From the NCBI GenBank assembly GCA_016432345.1, contig CP066685.1, positions 48,236-112,235 of the forward strand: a DNA stretch of 64,000 bases, given 5' to 3'. This document shows, piece after piece, positions 1-9,794 of the stretch (position 1 is its first letter; each line of letters starts with the position of its first letter). The DNA is from Candidatus Levyibacteriota bacterium (GTDB lineage Bacteria > Patescibacteriota > Microgenomatia > Levybacterales > UBA12049). The notes beneath the pieces were generated by a model. That model searched no databases. It saw only the letters and a list, made by a program, of their open reading frames with translations, and was not told where the DNA came from. The translations under genes and the position numbers were made by a program.

Positions 1-666
1 ATAGCCACCTTCCAAGAAGAAATTACCCAAATGATGCAAAATACTATTTGTTTGAGAAAAATTGTCATCTATAATACTTTGTACAGTATTTTCTCCCCGA
101 ACCTCTATATTTTTTACTTGAAGGTATTCGTAAAAATTAAAAGGGTAAATATCAAATTGCACATTCCTGCCTGTTAATACTGTTGCTGTCTCGGAATCTA
201 TTAAAGATCTTCTTGATCCGGAAATAATAAACTTGACGTTTTTATTAAATTCATAATGGGTATGCAGCCAATGATTAAATTCCCTTATTCCTTGTAGTTC
301 ATCAAGAAAAATATATACCTTTCCCTGGGGATTATGTTTCTCAAGGTAAAAAGTGTAAAATTGTTCCAAAATCTTGGCTCCTGATGATAAATATGGTTGT
401 ACTAACAAATCTTCAAAATATAAATACAAGACATTTTTTGGGTTTGTACCTGTTTCTATCAACTTGCCCATTAGTTGGCGCATCAGAGTGGACTTGCCAG
501 ATCTTCTAACACCAGTGAGTATGAGAATATGGCGTATATCCATGGCTTTCCATAATCGTTTAAGGTATTTCTCTCGTGGGACAGTTCCAACCCATTCTCC
601 TTTTTCAGGATTCTCAAAATGTGGATTCCATTTTTTTAACAATAATTCTATTTCTGTAAGGTTCAT
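1..666 (-). CDS. AAA+ ATP-binding protein (AAA_14/DUF4143 type), runs off the left edge
   Basis: Not in ORF track; minus-strand ATG at 666 reads MNLTEIELL...ILTGVRRSGKST (Walker A) and later IFLDELQ (Walker B). Confidence 0.85.
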   Translation of the reverse strand, partial: MNLTEIELLLKKWNPHFENPEKGEWVGTVPREKYLKRLWKAMDIRHILILTGVRRSGKSTLMRQLMGKLIETGTNPKNVLYLYFEDLLVQPYLSSGAKILEQFYTFYLEKHNPQGKVYIFLDELQGIREFNHWLHTHYEFNKNVKFIISGSRRSLIDSETATVLTGRNVQFDIYPFNFYEYLQVKNIEVRGENTVQSIIDDNFSQTNSILHHLGNFFLEGGY

Positions 667-734
667 ATATAATATATTTTACAATAAATGGTCATTCTTG
701 TCAAGTATATTTGACGTATTAACTAACGAAATGG

Positions 735-780
735 TTTTTTCTCCCTTCCATCGTAGAGCAAGGGGGAGGGGTTTTGCAAG
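735..780. repeat. ~46-bp degenerate direct repeat, copy 1 (minus-strand TTGCAA-N18-TACGAT promoter-like)
   Basis: ttttttctcccttccatcgtagagcaagggggaggggttttgcaag; similar copies at 1430 and 2360. Confidence 0.75.
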
Positions 781-806
781 TATGTGAAGATACAAGATTA
801 CCCGAG

Positions 807-1076
807 TTATGCTCCTTTTGCCAATTGCTGCTTCATTAAACTTTGGTACGGAACATCAATTTTTGATGCTTTTTGCTTATAACTTCTAACAATATCTGTG
901 GGAATACGTATAGTTATTCTGGTTATTTTTGGCTCAGCGTGCTTTTTAAGAAATTCTGTTACATCAAAATGTTTAAAATCTTTTGCTTCGTAATACTTTG
1001 AAAGATCAATCTTTTCCCAAAAATCATGCTCCTCATCTTCATTTTTAAACTTAGGCAGTACTAATTTTTTCTTCAT
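807..1076 (-). CDS. BrnA-like antitoxin (C-terminal RHH/CopG)
   Basis: LPKFKNEDEEHDFW N-terminus and ITIRIP...PYQSLMK RHH; overlaps the toxin gene. Confidence 0.8.
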   Translation of the reverse strand: MKKKLVLPKFKNEDEEHDFWEKIDLSKYYEAKDFKHFDVTEFLKKHAEPKITRITIRIPTDIVRSYKQKASKIDVPYQSLMKQQLAKGA

Positions 1077-1350
1077 AAAGTTTTACCTCCTTCCTTTTTG
1101 CATCTCGCGCGTGAAGGACACGGATGTGGTTATTTCTTACAGTAAATGCCAAAAAGAGTGTTCTTCCTTTTCGAGTTTTGCCAATGATTGCAAAGCGTAT
1201 TTCGTTTTGAGAGTGAAGTTCATCTGTTCCTCCTATTGCATGAGGATCTTTTATAGCCTCTTCTGCCTCGAATGGTCGTACTTGATGCCTTTCCCATAGA
1301 TGAGTTGTATTTCCAAAGTCCCACTCAAAACGCCTCTTAATTTTTGGCAT
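1051..1350 (-). CDS. BrnT family type II toxin
   Basis: FEWD..N..H..H N-terminus, R...IG and IRVLHARDA C-terminal motif. Confidence 0.85.
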   Translation of the reverse strand: MPKIKRRFEWDFGNTTHLWERHQVRPFEAEEAIKDPHAIGGTDELHSQNEIRFAIIGKTRKGRTLFLAFTVRNNHIRVLHARDAKRKEVKLYEEKISTA

Positions 1351-1376
1351 ATCTAATACATCTTTAGTATGTACAC

Positions 1377-1405
1377 ATTTTAAGGGATATATTTAATCTT
1401 GTCAA
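1377..1405 (-). promoter_or_regulatory. sigma70 promoter for brnTA
   Basis: TTGACA-N17-TAAAAT on the minus strand upstream of brnT. Confidence 0.6.
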
Positions 1406-1429
1406 GAAGCACCGCCGCTAAAAAAGAAT

Positions 1430-1474
1430 TTTTTTCACTCTTCCATCGTAGAACAGCTGCAGGGTTTTTGCAAG
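1430..1474. repeat. ~46-bp degenerate direct repeat, copy 2
   Basis: ttttttcactcttccatcgtagaacagctgcagggtttttgcaag. Confidence 0.75.
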
Positions 1475-1502
1475 AGCGTAGAGTGTATGGTATTATGGTG
1501 AT

Positions 1503-1928
1503 ATGAAAAAGAAGATACAATTTGATAAAGAAAAAATGGCAGCAATTGCCAAAAAGCATGGTCTTGTATTTGTGGTGCTTTTTGGATCAAAAGCCCGGGG
1601 AGAAAAACCAAATGCCGAGAGCGATTTGGATATTGCCGTGCTGGCAAAAAAGGATTTATCGTATAAGCAATACATGAATGTGCATAGCATGATTGCCGAT
1701 CTTTTTTCGGGGCAAAACGCAGACGTGCGGTTGCTTAATGATACTGATTTATTATTTCAACATAATGTAGTGCGTGATGGCATTTTGCTTTTTGGGAATC
1801 ATGAGGAATATAAGACATATAAGCGTTTAATAGTTCGGCGTTACGTTGATGATGGAGAAATATATTTCCCTATGCTTGATAGACTTGTTTTTAAGCAGCA
1901 GGAAGAACTGGAAAGAAAAATACTATGA
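1503..1928 (+). CDS. Minimal nucleotidyltransferase antitoxin (MntA, type VII TA)
   Basis: LFGSKARG...SDLDIAV motif; overlaps the HEPN gene. Confidence 0.85.
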   Translation: MKKKIQFDKEKMAAIAKKHGLVFVVLFGSKARGEKPNAESDLDIAVLAKKDLSYKQYMNVHSMIADLFSGQNADVRLLNDTDLLFQHNVVRDGILLFGNHEEYKTYKRLIVRRYVDDGEIYFPMLDRLVFKQQEELERKIL

Positions 1929-2356
1929 TTGATGAAAAAATGGTCGTTGAAAAAATTAGAAGAATTCAGATAGAGTTGCTTAATCTTGAAAGATTTGAAG
2001 TATTTACGTTTGACGAGGTGGCAAAAAATTATGATACGCATACAATTGTGGAACGGATTATCGAACGCATTGTTGGTTTTGCAATAGATATTAATCAGCA
2101 TATTCTTGTTGAAGGCGGAAAAGGTGATTTGCCATTTGATTTTAAGAAGAGTTTTCTTTTTCTTGTAGATTTGGATGTTTATCCAAAAGAATTTGCGGAA
2201 CAAATTTGTGAATCGGCAGGATTGCGTAATATTTTAGTGCATGATTATGTGAAGCTTGACGAAAATAAGTTTTATAATTCAATCAGAGATTGTAATCACG
2301 ATTACACCAAGTATTGTCGTTATATCCTTGATTTTCTTAAGAAGAAATCTTCATAA
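1925..2356 (+). CDS. HepT/DUF86 HEPN ribonuclease toxin
   Basis: GLRNILVHDY (Rx4H-x-Y) motif. Confidence 0.88.
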   Translation: MIDEKMVVEKIRRIQIELLNLERFEVFTFDEVAKNYDTHTIVERIIERIVGFAIDINQHILVEGGKGDLPFDFKKSFLFLVDLDVYPKEFAEQICESAGLRNILVHDYVKLDENKFYNSIRDCNHDYTKYCRYILDFLKKKSS

Positions 2357-2359
2357 AAC

Positions 2360-2405
2360 TTTTTTCACATTTACATCGTAGAGCAAAAGAGGGAGGAAAT
2401 GCAAG
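2360..2405. repeat. ~46-bp degenerate direct repeat, copy 3, abutting the 3' end of tRNA-Ser(GGA)
   Basis: ttttttcacatttacatcgtagagcaaaagagggaggaaatgcaag. Confidence 0.75.
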
Positions 2406-2492
2406 CGGAGAGGGAGGGATTTGAACCCTCGATATCCTTGCGGATATACAGCTTTTCCAAAGCTGCGCACTAGGCCACTATGCGACCTCTCC
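2406..2492 (-). tRNA. tRNA-Ser(GGA)
   Basis: Cloverleaf; anticodon arm CAGCT-TTGGAAA-AGCTG, long variable arm, G73. Confidence 0.95.
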
Positions 2493-2498
2493 AAAATT

Positions 2499-2564
2499 CA
2501 GCGTTTAGCGTCTAGATATTAGCGTTCAGTTAATCTTAAACTAGACGCTATTAACTATACGCTG
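2499..2564. repeat. Palindromic heptamer (TAGCGTH) element, copy 1
   Basis: cagcgtttagcgtctagatattagcgttcagtt...aactagacgctattaactatacgctg. Confidence 0.8.
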
Positions 2565-2969
2565 CTTAGCCTCTTTCCAAACTTGCTTGTCTGATGGATA
2601 TGTTAATCTTTTTTCGACTTTATCAATTAGTAACCATTCTACGTTTTCCATTTCCCAGTCGTGATCTTTTATATCGCCAGATATATACTCCATTAAAAAA
2701 TAATATACTGTTTTTTTAATTTTTTGTCCTTCAAAAACATACCAGTAGGTAATTGGCGTTAAAGGTTGTAAAATTTTCCCCAATACTCCTGTTTCTTCTT
2801 TAACTTCCCGAATGGCAGTTTCTTTTTTGGTTTCGTTTTCTTTGTAATCACCAATCAATCCTTTTGGAAACACCCAACCATGATGTTGAGAGTGTTGTGC
2901 AACTAAAATCTCAAGACCCTTTCCCGTTTTTTTATAAACTATTCCTCCAGCCGAAAACTCAAACTTCAT
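2541..2969 (-). CDS. NUDIX hydrolase (Ap4A hydrolase-like)
   Basis: SAGG, WVFPKG, Nudix box ETAIREVKEETG. Confidence 0.9.
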   Translation of the reverse strand: MKFEFSAGGIVYKKTGKGLEILVAQHSQHHGWVFPKGLIGDYKENETKKETAIREVKEETGVLGKILQPLTPITYWYVFEGQKIKKTVYYFLMEYISGDIKDHDWEMENVEWLLIDKVEKRLTYPSDKQVWKEAKQRIVNSV

Positions 2970-3010
2970 AAATTATTGACACTTGTTATCTTTTGTGTAA
3001 CGATTATAGC

Positions 3011-3346
3011 ATGGATATTAGTCAGGAAGTAAATCTTATAGAGAAAGAATTATTAGAACTTATTCTTCAACATTTGGAAAATAACAAAATTGACGCGGAT
3101 AAAGCCCAAAGTTTGGCAAAAGATTTTTTGGCAATTCTTCCTGTGGCAGACCAAAAAGATTTACTCCAAAAGTTACAGAATTTAAGCAACATTTACGAAG
3201 AGGCAAAAGAATTGTATGTTGATGAACTTACAAAAGTCAGCAACGAGCAGCGAGATTTAACATTAACTCAAATGCGGGATGCGATTCAAAAAGGAAATAT
3301 CGAACATGCAATAACTGCGGCAAAATCGCTGCAGCAAAATAACTAA
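3011..3346 (+). CDS. Hypothetical helical protein
   Basis: Open frame; ATG at 3011 preferred. Confidence 0.65.
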   Translation: MDISQEVNLIEKELLELILQHLENNKIDADKAQSLAKDFLAILPVADQKDLLQKLQNLSNIYEEAKELYVDELTKVSNEQRDLTLTQMRDAIQKGNIEHAITAAKSLQQNN

Positions 3347-3348
3347 AT

Positions 3349-3543
3349 ATGGAAGGTCCACAATTACCAAAACCAGAAGCTCCTAAACAACCACCCGCAG
3401 TGGAAAAAAGACTAGATAATCCTTTGCAAACAGCAAGAAATTGGGTAGAAGCTAAATTTGGCAGACAAAAACTTGCTGAAGGAGAAACAGCGCATGATAT
3501 TTTATTGGGTATCTCCGGGGAGAGTCGAACTCCCGATTTTTAG
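3349..3543 (+). CDS. Short hypothetical protein, possibly truncated (runs into antisense tRNA-Arg)
   Basis: Plausible Pro-rich N-terminus; last ~11 codons are tRNA antisense. Confidence 0.4.
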   Translation: MEGPQLPKPEAPKQPPAVEKRLDNPLQTARNWVEAKFGRQKLAEGETAHDILLGISGESRTPDF

Positions 3544-3583
3544 GTTCGGAACCTAATGTTTTGTCCATCTAAACTACGGAGAC
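3510..3583 (-). tRNA. tRNA-Arg(CCG)
   Basis: Anticodon arm TTAGG-TTCCGAA-CCTAA; T-loop TTCGACT. Confidence 0.93.
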
Positions 3584-3588
3584 AGGTC

Positions 3589-3667
3589 TCAGTGTTTAGT
3601 TAATCAGCGTCTAGCGTATAGTTATCCATTTTTCAACTAAACGCTAATAAACTCGCCGCTAAACGCT
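3589..3667. repeat. Palindromic heptamer element, copy 2
   Basis: cagtgtttagttaatcagcgtctagcgtatagtt...aactaaacgctaataaactcgccgctaaacgct. Confidence 0.75.
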
Positions 3668-3720
3668 TGTATTGTACTAGATTCGTTTTTTCCAGGCAAT
3701 GCTTGTATAATCAAGTGTAT

Positions 3721-6009
3721 ATGCCAGCACCAGCAGAAGCACCAACAGCCAATCGTTCTTCAGAAGCAACACGGTCAGAAGTACGATCTCAATCTGTCCA
3801 GCCAAGAGAGTTGTCTTTAATAGAAGGGAGAAAAGAAGAGCTCATTGGCTATTTTAGAACACATAATACGGTTGTCTTAAAAGCAGGGACAGGAACAGGA
3901 AAATCCACCACTGGCCCTCTTATTTTACTCGAAGCTCTCCAGAGGGAAAACCCCGGTAAAAAAGTAAAAATACTGGTGGCCGAGCCACGGCAAATGTTGG
4001 CAGAGGGTATTTCTGATCATGTGGCAAAAACAAACGGCGTGCCATTGGGTGGAGATTTAATTGGTTTTTATCATGGGGATGACCATAAGTATTCGGACCA
4101 AACGCAAATTGTCTATACAGTTAATGGGTCGCTTCGAAAAAGAATAGAAGAGGATAAAGCTCTTTCAAAATACGATGCCGTCTGTTTGGACGAAATACAC
4201 TTACGCGACAGAGACCAGGAGGCAATTCTTATTGGATTAAAAGAAGTGCAAAAAGAACGCAAAAAACGAGGGCTAAAACCTTTTAAAATTCTTATTACTT
4301 CCGCCAACGCCGAGCAAAAACAGGCAGATTACTATGATAATGGGGTAATGATGGAGATAGAAGGGCAAAAACCTCGTTATGATGTTAAAGAACATTTTTT
4401 AGATAAAGCTCCTGACGTAGAAAATATTCCCATAGAAATGGCGAGATTGGCAGCAAAAGTTATCAAAGAAAAAAGGCGACCAGGACATCTTTTAGGGTTT
4501 TTACCGGGAAGACGGGAAATCCAAATTGCCCAAAAAGAGTTTGACCGCATTATGAGGGAAGAGGGTTTGGCGGATAAATATAAATCGGCCTCTCTTACCG
4601 GTGGTGGCGGCGAAGAAAATAAGGCTTTGCAGAAAAAATTACAAGATGATGATCCAAATATAAACCCAATTATGGCTTTTGCTACCGATGTGGCAGATGC
4701 GGGGGCAACGTTTGCAATTAGCGACGCTTTTGACGGCGGGCTTATACGGACTATGGTTTACGACAAAGAGTCGGGTCTTGAGTCCCTGCAAACCAGACAT
4801 CATGCGGTAAGTCAGTATATTCAACGAAAGGGAAGACTTGGAAGAATTTCAGATGGCGATTTTTATGCCATGTATTCAGAGGAAGAACTTAACAATCCGG
4901 GAATTCATCCCAAAGATGCACCTCCCTCAATCTTAATGGAAGACCTTACCCCATTAGTATTAAGCTTAAAAGCCATGGGTATTACCGATGTGTATGCTGT
5001 TGATTACATGGATCATCCGGGAAAAGAAAAATTAGACATGGCGGTCGGAACTCTCAATGTGCTGGGGGCACTAAAACCAGATGGCACACTGACAGATGAG
5101 GGAAAAGCTATGGTTGAACTGCCTTTGGATTCTCATTTAGCTCGTATTTTGGTGGAGGTCAAAAAGCGGGGGTGTGTGGAAGCAGCCAGTGTACTTGTGG
5201 CCTTTTTAAATAGTAATAGATCTGTTTTTGCCTACAATCCTCGAAGCGAGCAGTTTGACAAAAAATATGCCAGGTATATTTATACTGAACCTAATAAACC
5301 ACCAGATTCCGATTACCTAACACTATTAAAAGTTTGGAATGAATATAATCATCCAGAACTGCGGGAAGAAAACGAAAGACAAATGTCGGGGGAGGACTGG
5401 GCGCTAAAACATGGGTTTAGCATAAGCGTATTAAAGGATGTTAATACAACCAAAAACGAAATTCTCCAGGAGGATTTTTTTAAGGGTGCATTTGGTGGAG
5501 GCTTAGGTAATTTGGAAATTGATATTGCCGGCCAGGCCGACGCCATCAAAGCATGTATTGTGGCAGGATTTGCGGACAAGATTTTGCTAAGAGATGGCGA
5601 TACTTATGCATTGGGGAATGGGAAGCGGCCAGGTATTCAGATTGATCAAAAATCGGTCTTTGCCCAAAGGCGTCCCGGAATGTTGATTTCGGGCGCAATT
5701 CGGGTGCAAGAGGGCGGCAGGGCGTTTGCGAGTATGAATTGGGAAGTAACGAAAGAATTTGTAAAGGGAGTTGCGCCATATTTAGAAGAGATGGGATTAG
5801 TTGAGAAAGAACAAGAGGTACCGAAAACAGCAGCAGAACAGGTAAAAAACGAGCTGCAGACAGAAGCGGCAAAGGCTTCGAAATCGAGCGTTCCTGCCGA
5901 GTCTGAATCAAAAGAACAAAAAGCAGAAAAAAAACTGTCTATTATTGGGAAAATAAAACAAGCGTTTAAAACTTTTTTTGATAGAATAAAAGCATTTTGG
6001 GGATTATAG
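3721..6009 (+). CDS. HrpA/DEAH-box-like ATP-dependent RNA helicase (divergent)
   Basis: GTGTGKST, DEIH, FLPGRREI, QRKGRLGR, HA2-like LTDEGKAMVELPLD. Confidence 0.85.
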   Translation: MPAPAEAPTANRSSEATRSEVRSQSVQPRELSLIEGRKEELIGYFRTHNTVVLKAGTGTGKSTTGPLILLEALQRENPGKKVKILVAEPRQMLAEGISDHVAKTNGVPLGGDLIGFYHGDDHKYSDQTQIVYTVNGSLRKRIEEDKALSKYDAVCLDEIHLRDRDQEAILIGLKEVQKERKKRGLKPFKILITSANAEQKQADYYDNGVMMEIEGQKPRYDVKEHFLDKAPDVENIPIEMARLAAKVIKEKRRPGHLLGFLPGRREIQIAQKEFDRIMREEGLADKYKSASLTGGGGEENKALQKKLQDDDPNINPIMAFATDVADAGATFAISDAFDGGLIRTMVYDKESGLESLQTRHHAVSQYIQRKGRLGRISDGDFYAMYSEEELNNPGIHPKDAPPSILMEDLTPLVLSLKAMGITDVYAVDYMDHPGKEKLDMAVGTLNVLGALKPDGTLTDEGKAMVELPLDSHLARILVEVKKRGCVEAASVLVAFLNSNRSVFAYNPRSEQFDKKYARYIYTEPNKPPDSDYLTLLKVWNEYNHPELREENERQMSGEDWALKHGFSISVLKDVNTTKNEILQEDFFKGAFGGGLGNLEIDIAGQADAIKACIVAGFADKILLRDGDTYALGNGKRPGIQIDQKSVFAQRRPGMLISGAIRVQEGGRAFASMNWEVTKEFVKGVAPYLEEMGLVEKEQEVPKTAAEQVKNELQTEAAKASKSSVPAESESKEQKAEKKLSIIGKIKQAFKTFFDRIKAFWGL

Positions 6010-6010
6010 G

Positions 6011-6095
6011 CGGAGGGTACAGGATTCGAACCTGTGTAGGGATTACTCCCTCGAGTTTTCGAAACTCGTGCAATTGTCCACTATGCGAACCCTCC
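6011..6095 (-). tRNA. tRNA-Ser(CGA)
   Basis: Anticodon arm CGAGT-TTCGAAA-ACTCG; long variable arm. Confidence 0.95.
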
Positions 6096-6101
6096 AAAAC
6101 T

Positions 6102-6169
6102 CAGCGTATAGCGTATAGAAATTAGGGTATAGTTTTAACTAAACGCTAGACGCTATTCACTAGACGTTA
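6102..6169. repeat. Palindromic heptamer element, copy 3 (between two tRNAs)
   Basis: cagcgtatagcgtatagaaattagggtatagtt ttaactaaacgctagacgctattcactagacgtta. Confidence 0.8.
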
Positions 6170-6172
6170 ATG

Positions 6173-6247
6173 TGGTGCACCCACCCAGAATCGAACTGGG
6201 ATTAGCGGCTCCGCAAGCCGCTGTTCTATCCGTTAAACTATAGGTGC
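6173..6247 (-). tRNA. tRNA-Arg(GCG)
   Basis: Anticodon arm GCGGC-TTGCGGA-GCCGC; encoded CCA. Confidence 0.92.
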
Positions 6248-6276
6248 TTATAGCATAGCTATTATACTACAAGTTT

Positions 6277-6295
6277 ACCCCGATTAAATCGGGGT
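6277..6295. repeat. Short palindrome (REP-like or terminator hairpin)
   Basis: accccgatt-a-aatcggggt directly after the stop codon of the 6296 gene. Confidence 0.5.
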
Positions 6296-6877
6296 TTAGG
6301 TGGTTTTCCGTTCCAGAGGAAATGTGCGGGCCAGCCAGTCGGCTGATTTTTCCATAAAGGTTGGTTTGATAATTTCCCGGTAGGGGAGATATTGTAATAG
6401 GAGCGATGTTAATTGCTTTTTATCTAAATCCCCAAGCATAATAATAAGCTCTCCTGGTAAAAATGTTTTGGTTCTAACATGTAGTGTTTCAATGCCTTCT
6501 CTTTTTTTGAAATAAAAATCATAGAGTTCTTGCCATAGATAAAAATGATCTTCAATAGTAATGCCCTCGGTGCTTAGGCGGTATTTAAAATCATGCGGTG
6601 GGACAGTAACAAGCGCAAAGGCGGCAAAAACAAAAGATAACACTACCACCATTAGCATATATTGAGAAAAAAGAAAAAGGATAATTTCGATAAATAGTGT
6701 CAAAAGCAGAGAAGTTAAGTAGTACTCTTTGCCTCTTTTTCTAAATGGTCTGCCAGGTGCTTTCCAGGAAAGAAGTGTTTTTAATTCGTGCATATCATTT
6801 GGTAAATCTAATGGTTCGCTAGGTAAATCAAGCGGTTCTTTTGGCAGAAATTGTTCTGTTTGGTTTTGAGCAGCCAT
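6296..6877 (-). CDS. Conserved hypothetical membrane protein (2 TM + PH-like domain)
   Basis: LSWKAP..PF, two hydrophobic helices; start moved to 6877 because the longer ORF starts inside a tRNA. Confidence 0.75.
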   Translation of the reverse strand: MAAQNQTEQFLPKEPLDLPSEPLDLPNDMHELKTLLSWKAPGRPFRKRGKEYYLTSLLLTLFIEIILFLFSQYMLMVVVLSFVFAAFALVTVPPHDFKYRLSTEGITIEDHFYLWQELYDFYFKKREGIETLHVRTKTFLPGELIIMLGDLDKKQLTSLLLQYLPYREIIKPTFMEKSADWLARTFPLERKTT

Positions 6878-6938
6878 AGCTTTATTACTGTATAGCATTT
6901 TACTATTTGAGTCAACATGGTTATAATATGAATCAGTT

Positions 6939-7029
6939 GGAGGAGTCGCATAGAGGCCCATTGCGAGGGGTTGCTAACCCCTTGAGCTATAAAAGGCTCG
7001 CGTGAGTTCGAATCTCACCTCCTCCGCCA
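6939..7029 (+). tRNA. tRNA-Ser(GCT)
   Basis: Anticodon arm AGGGG-TTGCTAA-CCCCT; CCA end. Confidence 0.95.
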
Positions 7030-7030
7030 A

Positions 7031-8827
<1,797 letters not shown>

Positions 8828-8833
8828 AACTTA

Positions 8834-8918
8834 AATGCCCCCACTGGGTTGTGCTCAGAACGGTGAAGTCCTGTCCCAATGAGGGCATTAAAAAACTCCA
8901 CCTTTCTCCTGAGCACAA
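8834..8918 (-). promoter_or_regulatory. Structured 5' leader of the recombinase (interleaved inverted repeats A-B-A'-B')
   Basis: B/B' 15-bp stem and A/A' ~20-bp stem; deviations are G-U pairs on the minus strand. Confidence 0.6.
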
Positions 8919-8957
8919 TTAAATTGTTACAGATTTTGAACTTAAATTCAAGTGTTT

Positions 8958-9590
8958 TCATATAGGTAAAAGGTCATTTTCTATTTCGTAATTAAGCATA
9001 AGTCCTGCAAGTCGTTGTTGTTCGTCAACTAATATTCTTTCTTCAGGTTTATCACTTAACCAACCATTCTTTTCATCAATATTTTTACTTAACTCATCTA
9101 CTTTATTCTTAATATCATTATATTCATCTACTGTACTAATACGATACTTACCCTTATAAGAAACTATAGTATTTTCATCTGTTTCATCTTGATTTGACTG
9201 CAATTCTGCAATATTTTCTTGCGTTTCTGCAATTCGGTCATGCAAATTTGCATTTTCATCTTGCAATTTAGCAATATCATTTTTTGAATTTGGTAACAAA
9301 ACTATTTCATAAAAACTTCTTGCCTTTTCTTTTATTGTTCCTTTTTGAATAAGTCCATTTCTTACCCGACATACTTTAGATGCTGACCAACCTAAAATAT
9401 CAGCAAGTACTTTATCTGTTGTTTCAACAGTTTGATATGTTTCCTCATGTTTTTTATCCCAATCGTAAACAGCTAAGTATAAATCCCACAACCGATACTC
9501 AGAATCTTTAAGGTTTAACCGTTTTGCTACATGATGACGATTACGATAAACCTTTTGGTAAGTATTATTCAGCCTTCTTAATATGTTCAT
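8958..9590 (-). CDS. Winged-HTH protein with coiled coil (replication/regulatory-like)
   Basis: LADILGWSASKVCRVRNGLIQKG HTH. Confidence 0.65.
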   Translation of the reverse strand: MNILRRLNNTYQKVYRNRHHVAKRLNLKDSEYRLWDLYLAVYDWDKKHEETYQTVETTDKVLADILGWSASKVCRVRNGLIQKGTIKEKARSFYEIVLLPNSKNDIAKLQDENANLHDRIAETQENIAELQSNQDETDENTIVSYKGKYRISTVDEYNDIKNKVDELSKNIDEKNGWLSDKPEERILVDEQQRLAGLMLNYEIENDLLPI

Positions 9591-9741
9591 ATTCCTTCTT
9601 TGGAATTGGCTTATATATCAGCTTGAAATATTCCAATAGCTCAACACCCAACTTATTTGCTTCTTCATTGCTTAACTGTTGGTTAAATTTCTCAAGATAT
9701 ATTCGCTTAAAATCACTAATAGCTTTATGACTTAACTGCAT
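9565..9741 (-). CDS. Small hypothetical protein (58 aa, not in ORF track)
   Basis: MQLSHKAISDFKRIYLEKFNQQLSNEEANKLGVELLEYFKLIYKPIP...; overlaps the next gene start. Confidence 0.65.
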   Translation of the reverse strand: MQLSHKAISDFKRIYLEKFNQQLSNEEANKLGVELLEYFKLIYKPIPKKEYEHIKKAE

Positions 9742-9794
9742 AAAACCATTATTCCAAGAATGGAGAAGATAAAAGAGTTACGGGAAAAACTAAA

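Noticed and set aside
374..787. Plus-strand 137-aa ORF and the many other antisense ORFs in the track
   Set aside because: They are shadows of well-supported genes on the opposite strand (here the AAA ATPase).
735..2405. 46-bp repeats or heptamer palindromes as a CRISPR array
   Set aside because: Copies are degenerate and separated by whole genes, not 30-40-nt spacers; no cas genes in the window.
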